Assembly: GCA_016187225.1 (NCBI GenBank)
Contig: JACPKC010000010.1
Location: 3,541 to 67,540, forward strand
DNA: 64,000 nt
DNA from: Candidatus Berkelbacteria bacterium
GTDB taxonomy: Bacteria > Patescibacteriota > UBA1384 > JACPKC01
Direction of reading: 5' to 3'
In this document: one piece after another, positions 15,471-26,391 of the stretch
Numbering within the stretch: position 1 is the first letter of the stretch
How the letters are laid out: each line of letters begins with the position of its first letter
Notes under the pieces: model-generated
Told to the model about the DNA's origin: nothing
The model's input: the letters and a program-made list of their open reading frames with translations, nothing else
Database searches by the model: none
Program-made: the position numbers and the translations under genes

Positions 15471-16691
15471 ATGCCTGCGATTACGTATCTTGACGAAGGT
15501 CCAGAGATTCCACCTGGCACAAATTCAATTCGTACTATCAGACAACATCGCCCGCGCGGCGGTTTCATCGTCCTCTTTTTATTTTTAAGTTTGCTGATGG
15601 GGTTTTTAGGGTCGGTCGCAGGTTTTTTATTGCTCACTAATGATGCCGTTGCGACTAAATTAGGCCTGAATACAGACGCAGGCATCGATCTTGGGTTAGG
15701 TAAGACCGAACGAGTAGTTCTTGAGGAAAGTTCAAAGGTCATTGATTCGGTTGCCAAGGTGAGCCCGGCGGTGGTTTCGATTAGCACAACGCGGAATATT
15801 CAGGATCTATTTGGTCGCATGATTGAACAAAAAGGCGGTGGAACTGGTTTTATCATTACATCGGATGGTTTAATTGTTACCAACAAACATGTCGTCTCGG
15901 AGACGGGCGCGACTTATACAGTTTTCACTTCTGATGGGCGAGATTTTGAGGCTAAAGTTTTGGCTCAAGATCCATTAAACGATCTTGCTGTCGTGAAGAT
16001 TGAAGCGACTGGTTTGCCAGTGGTTGAACTCGGGAGTTCGACTGACCTTAAAATTGGTCAGCATGTGATTGCAATCGGGAATGCCTTGGGCGAATTTAAT
16101 AACTCGGTAACACTTGGTGTTATCTCGGCCAAGGAGCGGCAAATTACTGCCGCTGGCGGGGGCGTTGAAGAAAGTTTAAGCGGTCTCTTGCAGACTGATG
16201 CGGCAATCAATCCTGGTAACTCGGGCGGTCCGCTTGTGAACTTATCCGGTCAAGTCGTGGGCATCAATACTGCCGTTGCGGGTGGGGCCGAGAACATCGG
16301 CTTTGCAATCCCGATCGATGTTGTCAAAAAAGCGATTGAATCGATTAAGGCGACCGGTGAAATTAAACGTCCGATGCTCGGCGTTCGCTATATCCCGGTT
16401 ACTAAGGAATTGGCGAAGGTCAATCAACTGCCAGCCGACTATGGCGTTTGGGTTTTGCCTGGGAGTACGCGAGGCGACGTAGCTGTCTTACCTGGTTCGC
16501 CAGCTGACAAGGCGGGGCTTGAAGAAAACGACATCATCACAGAAATCAATGACCAGCGCGTGGACGAAAATCATACACTAGTTGCTCGCTTGGCTGACTT
16601 CAAGCCAGGTGACAAAGTTACACTGACCGTGATTCAGGCTGGCGAGACGAAGAAAATCGAGGTCACTCTCGGTGAGCTTGAGGCGAATTGA
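15471..16691 (+). CDS. HtrA/DegP-family serine protease with a PDZ domain
   Basis: Trypsin-like motifs are GTGFIITSDGLIVTNKHV, DLAVVKI and GNSGGPLVN. There is a C-terminal PDZ domain. The RBS aaaggagg precedes the ATG at 15471. Confidence 0.85.
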   Translation: MPAITYLDEGPEIPPGTNSIRTIRQHRPRGGFIVLFLFLSLLMGFLGSVAGFLLLTNDAVATKLGLNTDAGIDLGLGKTERVVLEESSKVIDSVAKVSPAVVSISTTRNIQDLFGRMIEQKGGGTGFIITSDGLIVTNKHVVSETGATYTVFTSDGRDFEAKVLAQDPLNDLAVVKIEATGLPVVELGSSTDLKIGQHVIAIGNALGEFNNSVTLGVISAKERQITAAGGGVEESLSGLLQTDAAINPGNSGGPLVNLSGQVVGINTAVAGGAENIGFAIPIDVVKKAIESIKATGEIKRPMLGVRYIPVTKELAKVNQLPADYGVWVLPGSTRGDVAVLPGSPADKAGLEENDIITEINDQRVDENHTLVARLADFKPGDKVTLTVIQAGETKKIEVTLGELEAN

Positions 16692-16714
16692 GTCATTCCG
16701 ATGGCAAGGGTTAG

Positions 16715-17635
16715 TTACTCGATGGCTTCGGGAGATTCATTTTCTAATTCCTGCATAAGTTGATTGATTTTGAGTTCCCGTTCAGCAGTGCGAAGAGCGG
16801 TTATAACTGGCTTGAACTGGCCGCCAAGAACACGTTCAATCATTGAAAAGCTTTTCTGGATTCGGTGATCAGTAATTCTGTCTTGGGGGAAATTATACGT
16901 GCGAATTTTTTCGGAACGGTCACCGGTGCCAATTTGAGTTTTTCGGTCAATTCCAAGGGTTTGTTTTTGTTTTCGTTCTTTGAGCTCAAGGAGGCGAGAG
17001 CGAAGGACGGTGAGCGCTTTTTCCTTATTTTTATATTGTGAACGTTCGTCCTGACAGTTCACAACGATTCCGGTCGGTTGATGAGTGATTCGAACTGCCG
17101 TTTCCACTTTATTCACGTTTTGGCCACCAGCGCCACCCGAACGGTAGGTTTGGATAGTGAGTTCTGTTGGATTGAGATCAATGTCAACCGGTTCTGCGAT
17201 TGGCAGGATAGCCACGGTGACAGTCGAGGTATGAATTCGACCTTGTTTCTCGGTTTGCGGAATTCTTTGAACTCGGTGCACGCCCGATTCAAATTTGAGC
17301 GAATTATACACATCCGCGCCTTGGATTTCTGCGACCAAGGAGCGAAAGCCACCGAGGGGCGTCCGGTTAGAGTCAAGAATAGCTACCTGCCAGCGTTGGG
17401 TTTCGCCGTAGCGTTCGTACATTCTGAAAAGTTCAGCGGCAAAAAGTTCAGCTTCGTCGCCGCCCGTGCCGGCTCTAATTTCAAGGATCACCCCTCGTTC
17501 CTGGTGCGGGTCGGGCGACAGTAAGGCATCTTCGAGCTGACTGATCTCGCTGATCGCAAGTTCGGCCAGCTCGGGGTTACTCTCTTTAAGCGCCCGCGCC
17601 TCTTTGAGTTGTTTCGCCAATTCTTCTCGGTTCAT
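16715..17635 (-). CDS. prfA: Peptide chain release factor 1
   Basis: The GGQ motif sits in [12 protein letters not shown]. The sequence is close to E. coli RF1 across the [11 protein letters not shown]...[10 protein letters not shown] region. The start is set at the internal Met (MNREELAK). Confidence 0.9.
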   Translation of the reverse strand: MNREELAKQLKEARALKESNPELAELAISEISQLEDALLSPDPHQERGVILEIRAGTGGDEAELFAAELFRMYERYGETQRWQVAILDSNRTPLGGFRSLVAEIQGADVYNSLKFESGVHRVQRIPQTEKQGRIHTSTVTVAILPIAEPVDIDLNPTELTIQTYRSGGAGGQNVNKVETAVRITHQPTGIVVNCQDERSQYKNKEKALTVLRSRLLELKERKQKQTLGIDRKTQIGTGDRSEKIRTYNFPQDRITDHRIQKSFSMIERVLGGQFKPVITALRTAERELKINQLMQELENESPEAIE

Positions 17636-17704
17636 GGCTAAAAGTTTACCAGATAGGAGGAACTTGCAGAAGTGGTTTGAATCTGATACCATCACCCAGA
17701 AATT

Positions 17705-18034
17705 ATGAAGTCAGGAATTCACCCAACCTACTATCCAACTGCCAAGGTTACTTGTAATTGCGGTATGTCTTTTGAAGTTGGCTCGACACAGAGCGAAATT
17801 CGCGTCGAGGTGTGTTCAAATTGCCACCCATTTTATACCGGCAAACAGAATCTGATCGATACTGCTGGTCGAGTCGATAAGTTTGAAGCTCGCCGCAAGC
17901 AAGCTCAAACTTATCAGGCTGAAAAGGCCAAATCCCAGAAAGATTCAGCTCAACCTAAAAGTGAAAAAAAGAGCGGTCGCGATGCTTTGAAGGAACTTCG
18001 TAAAACCGTGCTCCAAAAAGAGGTAATTAAATGA
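17705..18034 (+). CDS. rpmE: 50S ribosomal protein L31 with a Lys-rich C-terminal extension
   Basis: [11 protein letters not shown]...CNCG...[12 protein letters not shown] is the L31 zinc-ribbon signature. Confidence 0.85.
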   Translation: MKSGIHPTYYPTAKVTCNCGMSFEVGSTQSEIRVEVCSNCHPFYTGKQNLIDTAGRVDKFEARRKQAQTYQAEKAKSQKDSAQPKSEKKSGRDALKELRKTVLQKEVIK

Positions 18035-18918
18035 CTACACCTTTGCCGAGCCTGCGCGATCTTGTAGATGCCGGCGCTCACTTTGGTCATCGTCGCTCGC
18101 GCAGTCATCCTAAAGCTCATCCCTATGTGTATGCTATCCGCGATCGCGTGTTGGTTGTGAATCTTGAGAAAACGCTTGAGAAACTTGAAGCGGCGCGAAA
18201 AGCGATTGAACAGTTTGCAAGCGCCCAGAAGAGCCTGCTTTTTGTTGGTACGAAACCTCAAGCTAAGGTCGCTATCAAATTAGCCGCCGAATTTTTAGAT
18301 CAGCCTTATATCACACATCGTTGGTTGGGTGGAATGCTGACGAATTTTGATACCATTCGTCTGAATTTAGGCAAACTCACTCGCTTGGAAGAGGTGGCGG
18401 CTTCGCCGGAATTTGCAGAATTCACCAAAAAAGAGCGAGGTCTTATCGGCAAGCGCATTGAGCGGCTCAATAAAATTTTCGGCGGGCTTAAAAAACTCGA
18501 CAAACTGCCTGATGTCTTGGTCGTGATTGATATTAATGAGGAAGACATCGCTGTCAGAGAAGCGCGGGCAAAAGGTATCCCTGTTATCGCCTTGGTTGAT
18601 ACTAATGCTAATCCCGAATTGGTCACTTACCCAATTCCGGGCAATGACGACTCGCGCAAAACTATTGAAATTATTTTGGGCCAGCTTACGGAGGCCTATC
18701 GGCGTGGTCAATCAAGATCGTTAAAACAGGAAGAAAATACGATTGTTGAATTGACTGAAGAATCTTTGGAACTTTTGCCGCAGTCGTCAGCTGAAATTAA
18801 GACTCGCGCAAAAAAAGCCGTAAAGGCGCAGGCGAAGAAATCAGTTGCCAAAAAGACCGTCGTCAGAAAGACGGTCAGCAAGAAACTAGCAAAGAGCTCA
18901 ACTCCGATCGAAAAATAA
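18031..18918 (+). CDS. rpsB: 30S ribosomal protein S2 with a Lys/Ala-rich C-terminal tail
   Basis: [32 protein letters not shown] matches the S2 N-terminus. tsf follows. Confidence 0.9.
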   Translation: MTTPLPSLRDLVDAGAHFGHRRSRSHPKAHPYVYAIRDRVLVVNLEKTLEKLEAARKAIEQFASAQKSLLFVGTKPQAKVAIKLAAEFLDQPYITHRWLGGMLTNFDTIRLNLGKLTRLEEVAASPEFAEFTKKERGLIGKRIERLNKIFGGLKKLDKLPDVLVVIDINEEDIAVREARAKGIPVIALVDTNANPELVTYPIPGNDDSRKTIEIILGQLTEAYRRGQSRSLKQEENTIVELTEESLELLPQSSAEIKTRAKKAVKAQAKKSVAKKTVVRKTVSKKLAKSSTPIEK

Positions 18919-18919
18919 A

Positions 18920-19465
18920 ATGCCAATTTCAGCCGAACAAGTTAAAAAGCTTCGTGAAGTCACGGGCGTGGGGGTAATGGAGGCTAAAAAAGCCTTGGTT
19001 GAGCATCAAGGCGACTTTGAGGCGGCTGTGATCGCTCTCCGCCAGACGGGTGTTTCTAAAGCGGTCGAGAAAACCGATCGAGTTGCCGCCGAGGGGGTAA
19101 TTGGCAGTTATGTTCACACTAATAAACAAGTCGCGGCGTTTTTGTCGCTCAACTGTGAAACTGATTTTGTTGCTCGCACTGATGATTTTCAGCGTCTTGC
19201 TAAAGATATTGCGATGCACATTGCCGCCTTGGCGCCGCGTTATCTTTCTCGAGATTCTATTCCAAACGATCTCCTCGATCGCGACCCATCTCTGCTTGAG
19301 ACAGTTTTGCTTGACCAGCCTTTTGTTAAAGACGAGTCGCAAACGGTTGGCGAACTGATTAAATCATCAATTCACAGGCTCGGCGAGAATATTCAGATTA
19401 CTAACTTTGCCTATTTTGCGGTTAAGGGACCATCAAGTTGCACAGTCAATCCAAAGACCCAATAA
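18920..19465 (+). CDS. tsf: Elongation factor Ts (short form)
   Basis: The UBA-like N-terminus VKKLREVTGVGVMEAKKAL and the conserved EF-Ts core are present. The gene order is the conserved rpsB-tsf-pyrH-frr. Confidence 0.85.
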   Translation: MPISAEQVKKLREVTGVGVMEAKKALVEHQGDFEAAVIALRQTGVSKAVEKTDRVAAEGVIGSYVHTNKQVAAFLSLNCETDFVARTDDFQRLAKDIAMHIAALAPRYLSRDSIPNDLLDRDPSLLETVLLDQPFVKDESQTVGELIKSSIHRLGENIQITNFAYFAVKGPSSCTVNPKTQ

Positions 19466-20175
19466 TAAGAACCTACAGGCGAATTCTACTCAAGATCTCG
19501 GGCGAGATTTTGCGTGGCGAGGCAAGTGAAAGTTTTGATGAGGCAATTCTCGAACGACTTGCGACTGAAACCAAAGAAATTGTCGACGCCGGCCTGGAGC
19601 TGATGATTGTGGTTGGCGGCGGTAACATTTTTCGCCATTCAACTCACGCTCATCACGACATGGATCGCGTCACCGCCGATTACATGGGCATGTTGGCGAC
19701 AATCATTAACGGCCTTGCGCTTCAATCCGCTTTTGAACATGTTGGGCTCAAGACACGAGTTATGTCGGCGATCCGCGCCGAACAGGTTGTTGAACCTTAT
19801 ATTAGGCGGCGGGCAATTCGGCATGTGGAAAAAGGGCGTGTCGTTGTCTTGGTGGCTGGCACCGGCAATCCGTATTTTACGACCGATTCAGCGGCCGTTT
19901 TACGCGCCTCGGAGCTTGGATGCGACATTCTCTTGAAGGGCACAAAAGTTGACGGCATTTATACTCATGATCCAAAAAAAGATCCGACTGCCGAACGTTT
20001 TAACGCCCTCTCGTGTACAGAAGTTATCGAGCGGAAATTGCATGTCATGGATTTGACCGCTTTTACGATGGCGCGCGATAACCAGCTTCCGATCCTTGTT
20101 TTTGATATTCTAACCCCAGGCAATGCGGTGCGAGCGGCCAAGGGCGAGTCGATCGGAACCCTTGTTCAGCCTTAG
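19438..20175 (+). CDS. pyrH: UMP kinase
   Basis: RILLKISGE and VVGGGNIFR are carbamate/aspartokinase-fold motifs of PyrH. The 5' end is uncertain because it overlaps tsf. Confidence 0.85.
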   Translation: MHSQSKDPIIRTYRRILLKISGEILRGEASESFDEAILERLATETKEIVDAGLELMIVVGGGNIFRHSTHAHHDMDRVTADYMGMLATIINGLALQSAFEHVGLKTRVMSAIRAEQVVEPYIRRRAIRHVEKGRVVVLVAGTGNPYFTTDSAAVLRASELGCDILLKGTKVDGIYTHDPKKDPTAERFNALSCTEVIERKLHVMDLTAFTMARDNQLPILVFDILTPGNAVRAAKGESIGTLVQP

Positions 20176-20192
20176 TAGTTTCAAGGAGGAAA

Positions 20193-20741
20193 ATGACAAT
20201 TTCCCAATTGCGTCTGGCGAAAGATCGAATGAAAGAGGTAATTGAAAAATTTAGTGGCGAGCTTGCCGGTATTCACACTGGTCGCGCCAGTACTACCTTG
20301 GTTGAAAAAATTGAAGTTGAAAGTTATGGTCAACGCCTGCCGTTGAAGGCGATTGCAACGATCAACGTTCCTGAACCGACTCAAATCGCAATTGTGCCTT
20401 GGGATAAAGGACAACTCGTTCAAATCGAGGCGGCGATTCGGGAGTCGGATTTGAGTGTGAATCCAACCAATGACGGTCAGGCCGTAAGGATCAATTTTCC
20501 GCCTATGACGCAAGAGCGCCGCGGAGAACTCACTAAACTTGTCAAAAAAATCGGCGAGGAAGCTAAAGTTGCTCTCCGGACCATTCGCCATGATCTCCTT
20601 GAAGAGGTCAAGAAAGACCCCGCGGCGACCGAGGATGACAAATTCAGCGCCATCAAAGACTTCGACAAGTTGGTTGAAGAGCACAATCTCCGCGTCGATC
20701 AGCTAGTTAAAGACAAAGAAGCTCAAATCTTGAAGGTTTAA
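20193..20741 (+). CDS. frr: Ribosome recycling factor
   Basis: The 182-aa length and conserved RRF pattern (LAGIHTGRAS...VNPTNDGQAVRINFP) fit RRF. Confidence 0.9.
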   Translation: MTISQLRLAKDRMKEVIEKFSGELAGIHTGRASTTLVEKIEVESYGQRLPLKAIATINVPEPTQIAIVPWDKGQLVQIEAAIRESDLSVNPTNDGQAVRINFPPMTQERRGELTKLVKKIGEEAKVALRTIRHDLLEEVKKDPAATEDDKFSAIKDFDKLVEEHNLRVDQLVKDKEAQILKV

Positions 20742-20743
20742 CT

Positions 20744-21793
20744 ATGACATTGATCCTCACGATTCTCCTTTTTATTTTGATTTTTGGCATCGTGATTATC
20801 ATTCACGAAGCGGGTCATTTTTTGGTGGCGCGGCGCGAAGGCATGCGCGTTAAAGAATTTGCTTTCGGCTTTCCTCCTCGGATTTTCAGCAAGCGCAAAG
20901 GTCAGACGCGCTACACGTTTAATTCAATCCCATTGGGCGGGTATGTGAGCATTTTAGGTGAAGAAGAGGAGTCGGAGGCAAAAGACAGTTTTAACAAAAA
21001 AAAGCCGATGGCGCGCCTTCGCGTAGTTTTAGCAGGAATTGGGATGAATTTTATTCTAGCTTGGGTTCTTCTTATTCTGTATTTTTGGGTGGCGCCATTT
21101 GGGCCGAAAATTGACGCTGTGGCCGTGGCCAATGTCTATGCCGGTTCGCCAGCCGAGGCGGCTGGTATTAAGATGAATGATTTTATCGTCTCGGCCAACG
21201 GCACGTTACTGACCTCGGATGAGATATTAGGTGAATTTACTCGCGCTCACAGAGGAGAGGCGGTGACTCTGGTTATTCGAAGTCAAGGCAAGGAGAAAGC
21301 TCTAACGGTTCAATTAAGCGCTGACGAAAAAGCGCCACTGGGTGTTGCGATTGCGGATGTGGGTGCTCTCCCGACTATTCCTTGGTATTTGGCGCCTTGG
21401 CATGCTCTCGTCGAGATGTTTAATGTTACGGTCGCGGTACTTGGCTTTCTCGGTCAATTGATTGTCAAAATTTTTGGCGTCTCGACTTCGGCTTCGATCC
21501 AAGCTGTTTCTGGGCCAGTCGGCATCTTCTCTCAACTTAAACAAATTATGATTTTAGGAGCGCCTGCGGTCGTGCACTACGCCGCCTTGATCTCACTCGC
21601 GGTTGGTATTTTTAACCTTCTGCCGATTCCAGCCCTCGACGGCGGCCGTGCCATTTTTCTCTTCTTCGAAAGTATTTTCGGCAAGCGCGCTCTCTCGCAC
21701 GCAACTGAAGCCTGGGTTCACGCCATCGGTTTTTTTGTATTGATTCTCATTATCATTGTTGTCACTTACTTTGATATTCAGCGCTTAGGATAG
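20744..21793 (+). CDS. rseP: RseP-like site-2 protease (M50 zinc metalloprotease with a PDZ domain)
   Basis: The HEAGH zinc motif sits in TM1. There is a PDZ segment and a C-terminal LDGG motif. Confidence 0.8.
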   Translation: MTLILTILLFILIFGIVIIIHEAGHFLVARREGMRVKEFAFGFPPRIFSKRKGQTRYTFNSIPLGGYVSILGEEEESEAKDSFNKKKPMARLRVVLAGIGMNFILAWVLLILYFWVAPFGPKIDAVAVANVYAGSPAEAAGIKMNDFIVSANGTLLTSDEILGEFTRAHRGEAVTLVIRSQGKEKALTVQLSADEKAPLGVAIADVGALPTIPWYLAPWHALVEMFNVTVAVLGFLGQLIVKIFGVSTSASIQAVSGPVGIFSQLKQIMILGAPAVVHYAALISLAVGIFNLLPIPALDGGRAIFLFFESIFGKRALSHATEAWVHAIGFFVLILIIIVVTYFDIQRLG

Positions 21794-21883
21794 TTGCTTG
21801 TGAGTCTGATGGTTTTTCTGCATACTTAAATAGTTGTGTTTTTCAATAATCCTCACGACTAATACAGTTTATAAGGACAATGT

Positions 21884-23134
21884 ATGCGTCAGAAGCAACT
21901 CTTTGGAAAAACTCGTCGCGACATTGCCAAAGAAGAGGTAAGCGCTAACGCTCAATTTTTGACGAGGGGCGGGTTTATCGAGAAAACGGTGGCTGGCGTC
22001 TACAATTTTTTGCCTTTGGGTCTGCGTGTTCTTAAAAATATTCAAGAAATTATCCGTGAAGAGATGAATGCGCTTGGAGCGAATGAGCTTTTGCTCTCAT
22101 CGCTTGCGCCGGTGAGTCTGTGGCGCGAAACCGATCGCTTTGAAAACTACGACGCTCTAATGAAAGCAATTGGCGCCAACCCCGCCTCGCGCGCAATCAA
22201 TGCCACGGCATACATCTTAAACCCGACTCATGAAGAAGTTGTCACTCCTTTAGTTGGGAAATTTATCTCAAGCTATAAAGATTTGCCGCTAGCAGTTTAT
22301 CAGATTCAAACTAAATTCCGTAATGAACCGCGAGCAAAATCAGGTTTATTGCGCGGGCGCGAATTCAGCATGAAGGATCTCTACAGTTTTCATCGCGATG
22401 AGGCTGATTTTGAAAAATACTACACTCGAGTAGCCGAGGCTTATAGGCAAATTTTCACTCGTTGCGGCCTCAAAGCCATTAAAACTGAAGCTTCGGGCGG
22501 CGCGTTCAGCAAATTCTCGCACGAGTTTCAGGTCATCACGCCGAGTGGCGAGGATACTATTTTTTATTGTGAAAATTGCGGTTGGTCGCAAAATCGTGAG
22601 ATTGCGACTCTAAAAGAAGGTGATATGTGTCCGACTTGTCAAAAAACAGTTGCATCGGCTAAAGCGATTGAAGTTGGCAACATTTTCCCTCTCAAGACAC
22701 GTTTCAGCGATGCCTTTGGCCTTGCTTACGCAGACGAGACGGGTAAAAAACAGCCGATTATCATGGGTTGTTACGGCATCGGGCCGAGTCGCGTGATGGG
22801 GGCAATTGTTGAGGTCCACCACGACAAAGAGGGGATTATGTGGCCAGCAAGCGTAGCGCCTTTCCAAGCGCATTTAATTTCTATTCAAGCCGATCTTGAA
22901 GCCGAAAAACTTTATCAGGCGCTTAAAGAGGTGGGCATTGAGATTTTGTATGACGATCGCGATCTTTCGCCCGGTCAAAAGTTTGCCGACGCTGATTTAA
23001 TTGGTCTGCCAGTGCGCTTGATCGTGAGCGCCAAGACATGTGCGACCGACTCTGTTGAATTGAAATTACGGAGCAAATCTAAATCAGAACTCGTCAAACG
23101 AAACGTGCTGGCGCGCAAAATTAAGGAGGGGTAA
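21884..23134 (+). CDS. proS: Prolyl-tRNA synthetase (short form lacking the editing domain)
   Basis: The N-terminus aligns to ProRS (GVYNFLPLGLRVL..., LNPTHEEVVTPL). There is a class II core and a zinc-ribbon insertion CENCGW...CPTCQ. Confidence 0.75.
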   Translation: MRQKQLFGKTRRDIAKEEVSANAQFLTRGGFIEKTVAGVYNFLPLGLRVLKNIQEIIREEMNALGANELLLSSLAPVSLWRETDRFENYDALMKAIGANPASRAINATAYILNPTHEEVVTPLVGKFISSYKDLPLAVYQIQTKFRNEPRAKSGLLRGREFSMKDLYSFHRDEADFEKYYTRVAEAYRQIFTRCGLKAIKTEASGGAFSKFSHEFQVITPSGEDTIFYCENCGWSQNREIATLKEGDMCPTCQKTVASAKAIEVGNIFPLKTRFSDAFGLAYADETGKKQPIIMGCYGIGPSRVMGAIVEVHHDKEGIMWPASVAPFQAHLISIQADLEAEKLYQALKEVGIEILYDDRDLSPGQKFADADLIGLPVRLIVSAKTCATDSVELKLRSKSKSELVKRNVLARKIKEG

Positions 23135-23136
23135 TT

Positions 23137-23922
23137 ATGGCAGAGATGAAAAAACTAGTGATTGGCAACTGGAAAATGAATCCATCGCTTGAAGAAGCGC
23201 GTAAAATTGCTGGCAAATTGCATGAGCGTTTAGCTAAAGAAAAAAATTTGCCAGAAGTAATAATCTGTCCACCTTTGCCATGGCTGATTCCGGTTAAGGA
23301 ATCTTTTTCAAATCATATCCTTTTAGGTGCGCAGAATGCCGTGCCGGGTAAGTTTGGCGCTGAAACGGGCAGTGTTTCTGTTGGCATGCTGAAACCTTAC
23401 ATTCAGTATTTGATTATCGGCCATTCAGAACGCCGATTAAGCGGTCGAGAAACCCACGAAACAATCGCGCTCAAGGTGCGCGATGCTCTTAAACAAGGTG
23501 TCACGCCAGTGGTTTGCGTGGGTGAATTTGTTCCTCTCTATGATAAGCATCGTCGGCGTGGCCGACCGACACGCAAAGAAGCCGAGAGTAATATCTTTAT
23601 GCAACTTCGGCGAGCGCTCAAAAATGTGCCATTGACGGATTTTAGTAAGCTTGTGCTTGCTTATGAGCCAGTTTGGGCAATTGGGACAGGCGAATCAGCG
23701 AGCGCCGAGTACGTTCTGCAGATGGTCAAGCGTTTACGCAAGACCCTTAGTCGCTTGGGTGGCCGCCGTCGCGCCACGCGAGTTCGGATTCTGTATGGCG
23801 GTTCAGTTGATGCTAAAAATGCCGCTGATTACGCCACGACTCCAGGCGTTGATGGCGTGCTGGTCGGCACGGCTTCACTCAAGGCCCCCGAGTTTATGAA
23901 AATAGTTTCAGCGTTTGCTTAG
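23137..23922 (+). CDS. tpiA: Triosephosphate isomerase
   Basis: VIGNWKMN, IIGHSERR and AYEPVWAIGTG are TIM signatures. Confidence 0.9.
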   Translation: MAEMKKLVIGNWKMNPSLEEARKIAGKLHERLAKEKNLPEVIICPPLPWLIPVKESFSNHILLGAQNAVPGKFGAETGSVSVGMLKPYIQYLIIGHSERRLSGRETHETIALKVRDALKQGVTPVVCVGEFVPLYDKHRRRGRPTRKEAESNIFMQLRRALKNVPLTDFSKLVLAYEPVWAIGTGESASAEYVLQMVKRLRKTLSRLGGRRRATRVRILYGGSVDAKNAADYATTPGVDGVLVGTASLKAPEFMKIVSAFA

Positions 23923-23933
23923 GAGGAAAGACT

Positions 23934-24935
23934 ATGCTTCGTGTTGCAATTAACGGTTTTGGGCGAATTGGTCGAGTAGCGGCCAAGATTATGCAAAAGC
24001 ATTCGGAACTTGAACTTGTTGCTGTTAATGATCTGGGGGATGCGGTCACGCTTGCGCATCTCTTGAAATATGACACCGTTTATGGTCGCTACGAAGGCCT
24101 GATATCGGCCAATGACAATATAATTACGATTGATGGCAAGTCGGTCGTCGTTTTGAGTGAAAAAGAACCCGATAAATTACCTTGGGGAGAGTATCAGATT
24201 GATGTGGTTATCGAAGCGACCGGCAAGTTTACGAAGAAAGATGATGCCGCCAAACACTTGCAAGCCGGCGCCAAAGCCGTTGTCATTTCGGCGCCAAGTA
24301 AGGGCGAGAACCCCGCGCCAACTTTTTTGCGCGGTGTCAACGATAATAAGTTAAGCGACGAACAGATAATTAACAACGCTTCATGCACAACTAATTCGAT
24401 CGCGCCCGCAATTCAAGTGCTCGAAGAAGTGTTTGGCGTTGAGCGAGCGTTGATGACAACCGTTCATGGTTACACCTCGACTCAACATATCCAAGATGGC
24501 CCCCATAAAGATCTTCGTCGTGGCCGAGCCGCGGCGGCTAATATTATTCCGACCAGCACCGGCGCGGCAGTCGCTACAACCGAGGCAATCCCGACGCTCA
24601 AAGGACGATTTGATGGTCTAGCTCTCCGAGTGCCAGTTATCAATGGCTCACTTTCAGATATTACCGCAGTCCTGAAGAAAGAGGCGAGCGTTGATGAGGT
24701 GAATGCGGCCTTCATTGCCGCGGCGAGCACCGAGCGTTATCAAGGCGTTTTGACCGTAACCAATGAGCCAATTGTTTCTTCAGATATTATTGGCGATTCG
24801 CACTCTGCAACCATTGATCTCGAACTTACGAGAGTAAATGGCAATCTTGTTAAAGTCTTCGTCTGGTACGACAATGAATTTGGCTATGCCAGCCGTCTCG
24901 TTGAGATGGTGGAAAGATTAGGCGCGCATGACTGA
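23934..24935 (+). CDS. gap: Glyceraldehyde-3-phosphate dehydrogenase
   Basis: The NAD-binding motif INGFGRIGR and the catalytic SCTTN are present. Confidence 0.9.
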   Translation: MLRVAINGFGRIGRVAAKIMQKHSELELVAVNDLGDAVTLAHLLKYDTVYGRYEGLISANDNIITIDGKSVVVLSEKEPDKLPWGEYQIDVVIEATGKFTKKDDAAKHLQAGAKAVVISAPSKGENPAPTFLRGVNDNKLSDEQIINNASCTTNSIAPAIQVLEEVFGVERALMTTVHGYTSTQHIQDGPHKDLRRGRAAAANIIPTSTGAAVATTEAIPTLKGRFDGLALRVPVINGSLSDITAVLKKEASVDEVNAAFIAAASTERYQGVLTVTNEPIVSSDIIGDSHSATIDLELTRVNGNLVKVFVWYDNEFGYASRLVEMVERLGAHD

Positions 24936-25161
24936 AATTGAAATTATTGAGAAACAGTACCAAGCTTTACATGCCTGGTCCGAAGAAGTGCGCTGGCGAT
25001 CAACGGATATAGAGATACTTACATCTTTGGATTGGTTGCCAATGCTCATGGTTGCTAAGGCCGATATGCAAACAATCAAAGATGAAATTTACGAAATAAA
25101 AGTTTTGCGCGATGCACTCCAACGTGATATTGAGCGGATCAGACGTTCGTCAAAATTTTAA
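24928..25161 (+). CDS. Hypothetical small protein
   Basis: 77-aa ORF overlapping the gap stop codon. It is helical and charged with no recognisable family. Confidence 0.3.
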   Translation: MTEIEIIEKQYQALHAWSEEVRWRSTDIEILTSLDWLPMLMVAKADMQTIKDEIYEIKVLRDALQRDIERIRRSSKF

Positions 25162-25173
25162 CGGTCGTAGAAT

Positions 25174-26367
25174 TTATAGATCGCGGTCGAGTATTTCTAG
25201 AGCGGGAAGTTTAAGGCCGGCAAGAAACTCAAGCGTGGCGCCACCACCTGTCGATACAAACGTGAATTGATTAAAATCAACCTTTTGCTCGTCTAAAAAT
25301 CCGATCGTATCTCCGCCGCTCACAATCGTGAGCGCCGACTGGTTATTAGCGATTGAACGTGCTATGTCAAGGCTGGCAAATTTAAATTCTTGCGCGGTTA
25401 AACTTGTGACACCCAGCGTCCCATTCCAAAAAATCGTTTTTGCGCTAGCTAATCTTTCTTTGAACATATCGCGAGTTTTTGAGCCAAGATCCATAGTTTT
25501 TTCATTCTGCCAGACAAAGTCGCTTGGCAGAGCAAATTTGCTTGGGTCGCGTTTATAGAATCCGTTTGCTTTCTCAAGTTGATTGTCGTCTACAGTCGAG
25601 CGTTTAACATTTATGCCTTGAGCTTTGGCAAATGTATTCGCCATTACGCCGCCAAGCAGAAACAAATCAGCCCGATCAAAAAAACGCTCAATTAAAGGCA
25701 ATTTTGTCTCGGTTTTTGCGCCACCAAGCACGAGCATGAACGGGTGTTGAATGCGCGCATTGAGCTTAGAAAGATTCTCAATTTCTTTGGCAAGCTGAAA
25801 ACCGGCGACGATTGGAATGTGTTTGGCCACGCCAACGGTTGAAGCTTCAGCTCGATGCGCCATCGCAAAGGCATCGAAAACGTAAAGATCGCCAAGGCTG
25901 GCGAGGTCAGCCGCAAATAAATCGTCGTTCGCCCCCTCGCGCCAATCAAACCGAATATTTTCGAAGAGATGGAGGCCTTTATCGATAATGTAGGCCGGAA
26001 GAGGGAAGTTCTCGATGAATGTTTCGCCAAGTTTTTCAGGTTGAAGGCCAAGCAAGGTTTTTAGGTGAAGCGCGACCGGTTTCAGGCTTAAACGTGGATT
26101 GCCGGCTTGGATAAGTTCAACGCGTTCTTTAGGGCGCATCACTGGCCGGCCGAGCTTGCTCACAAGTATTATCCTTTTTGCGCCGTGAGTGCGCAGATAT
26201 TCAATTGTTGGCAAGCACGCTCGCATCCGGACATCGCTTGCGAGTTGACCAGTTGGAGTGAGTGGATCATCAAAATCAACCCGCGCCACGACATACTTGC
26301 CTTGAACATCAGTCTCTGAAAGTTGTTTCATCATTAATAATCGTAGCAACCTAGTTGAACTCGTCAA
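25174..26367 (-). CDS. pgk: Phosphoglycerate kinase
   Basis: VVARVDFDDPL...ILVSKLGRP and the C-terminal GGGA...VSTGGGA nucleotide-binding motifs are present. The true start may be the internal Met (MMKQL). Confidence 0.85.
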   Translation of the reverse strand: MTSSTRLLRLLMMKQLSETDVQGKYVVARVDFDDPLTPTGQLASDVRMRACLPTIEYLRTHGAKRIILVSKLGRPVMRPKERVELIQAGNPRLSLKPVALHLKTLLGLQPEKLGETFIENFPLPAYIIDKGLHLFENIRFDWREGANDDLFAADLASLGDLYVFDAFAMAHRAEASTVGVAKHIPIVAGFQLAKEIENLSKLNARIQHPFMLVLGGAKTETKLPLIERFFDRADLFLLGGVMANTFAKAQGINVKRSTVDDNQLEKANGFYKRDPSKFALPSDFVWQNEKTMDLGSKTRDMFKERLASAKTIFWNGTLGVTSLTAQEFKFASLDIARSIANNQSALTIVSGGDTIGFLDEQKVDFNQFTFVSTGGGATLEFLAGLKLPALEILDRDL

Positions 26368-26391
26368 ATCTCCCAGGTATACTTTTTAACT

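Noticed and set aside
18306-19342. Minus-strand ORFs antisense to rpsB and tsf
   Set aside because: They lie antisense to highly conserved ribosomal and translation-factor genes.
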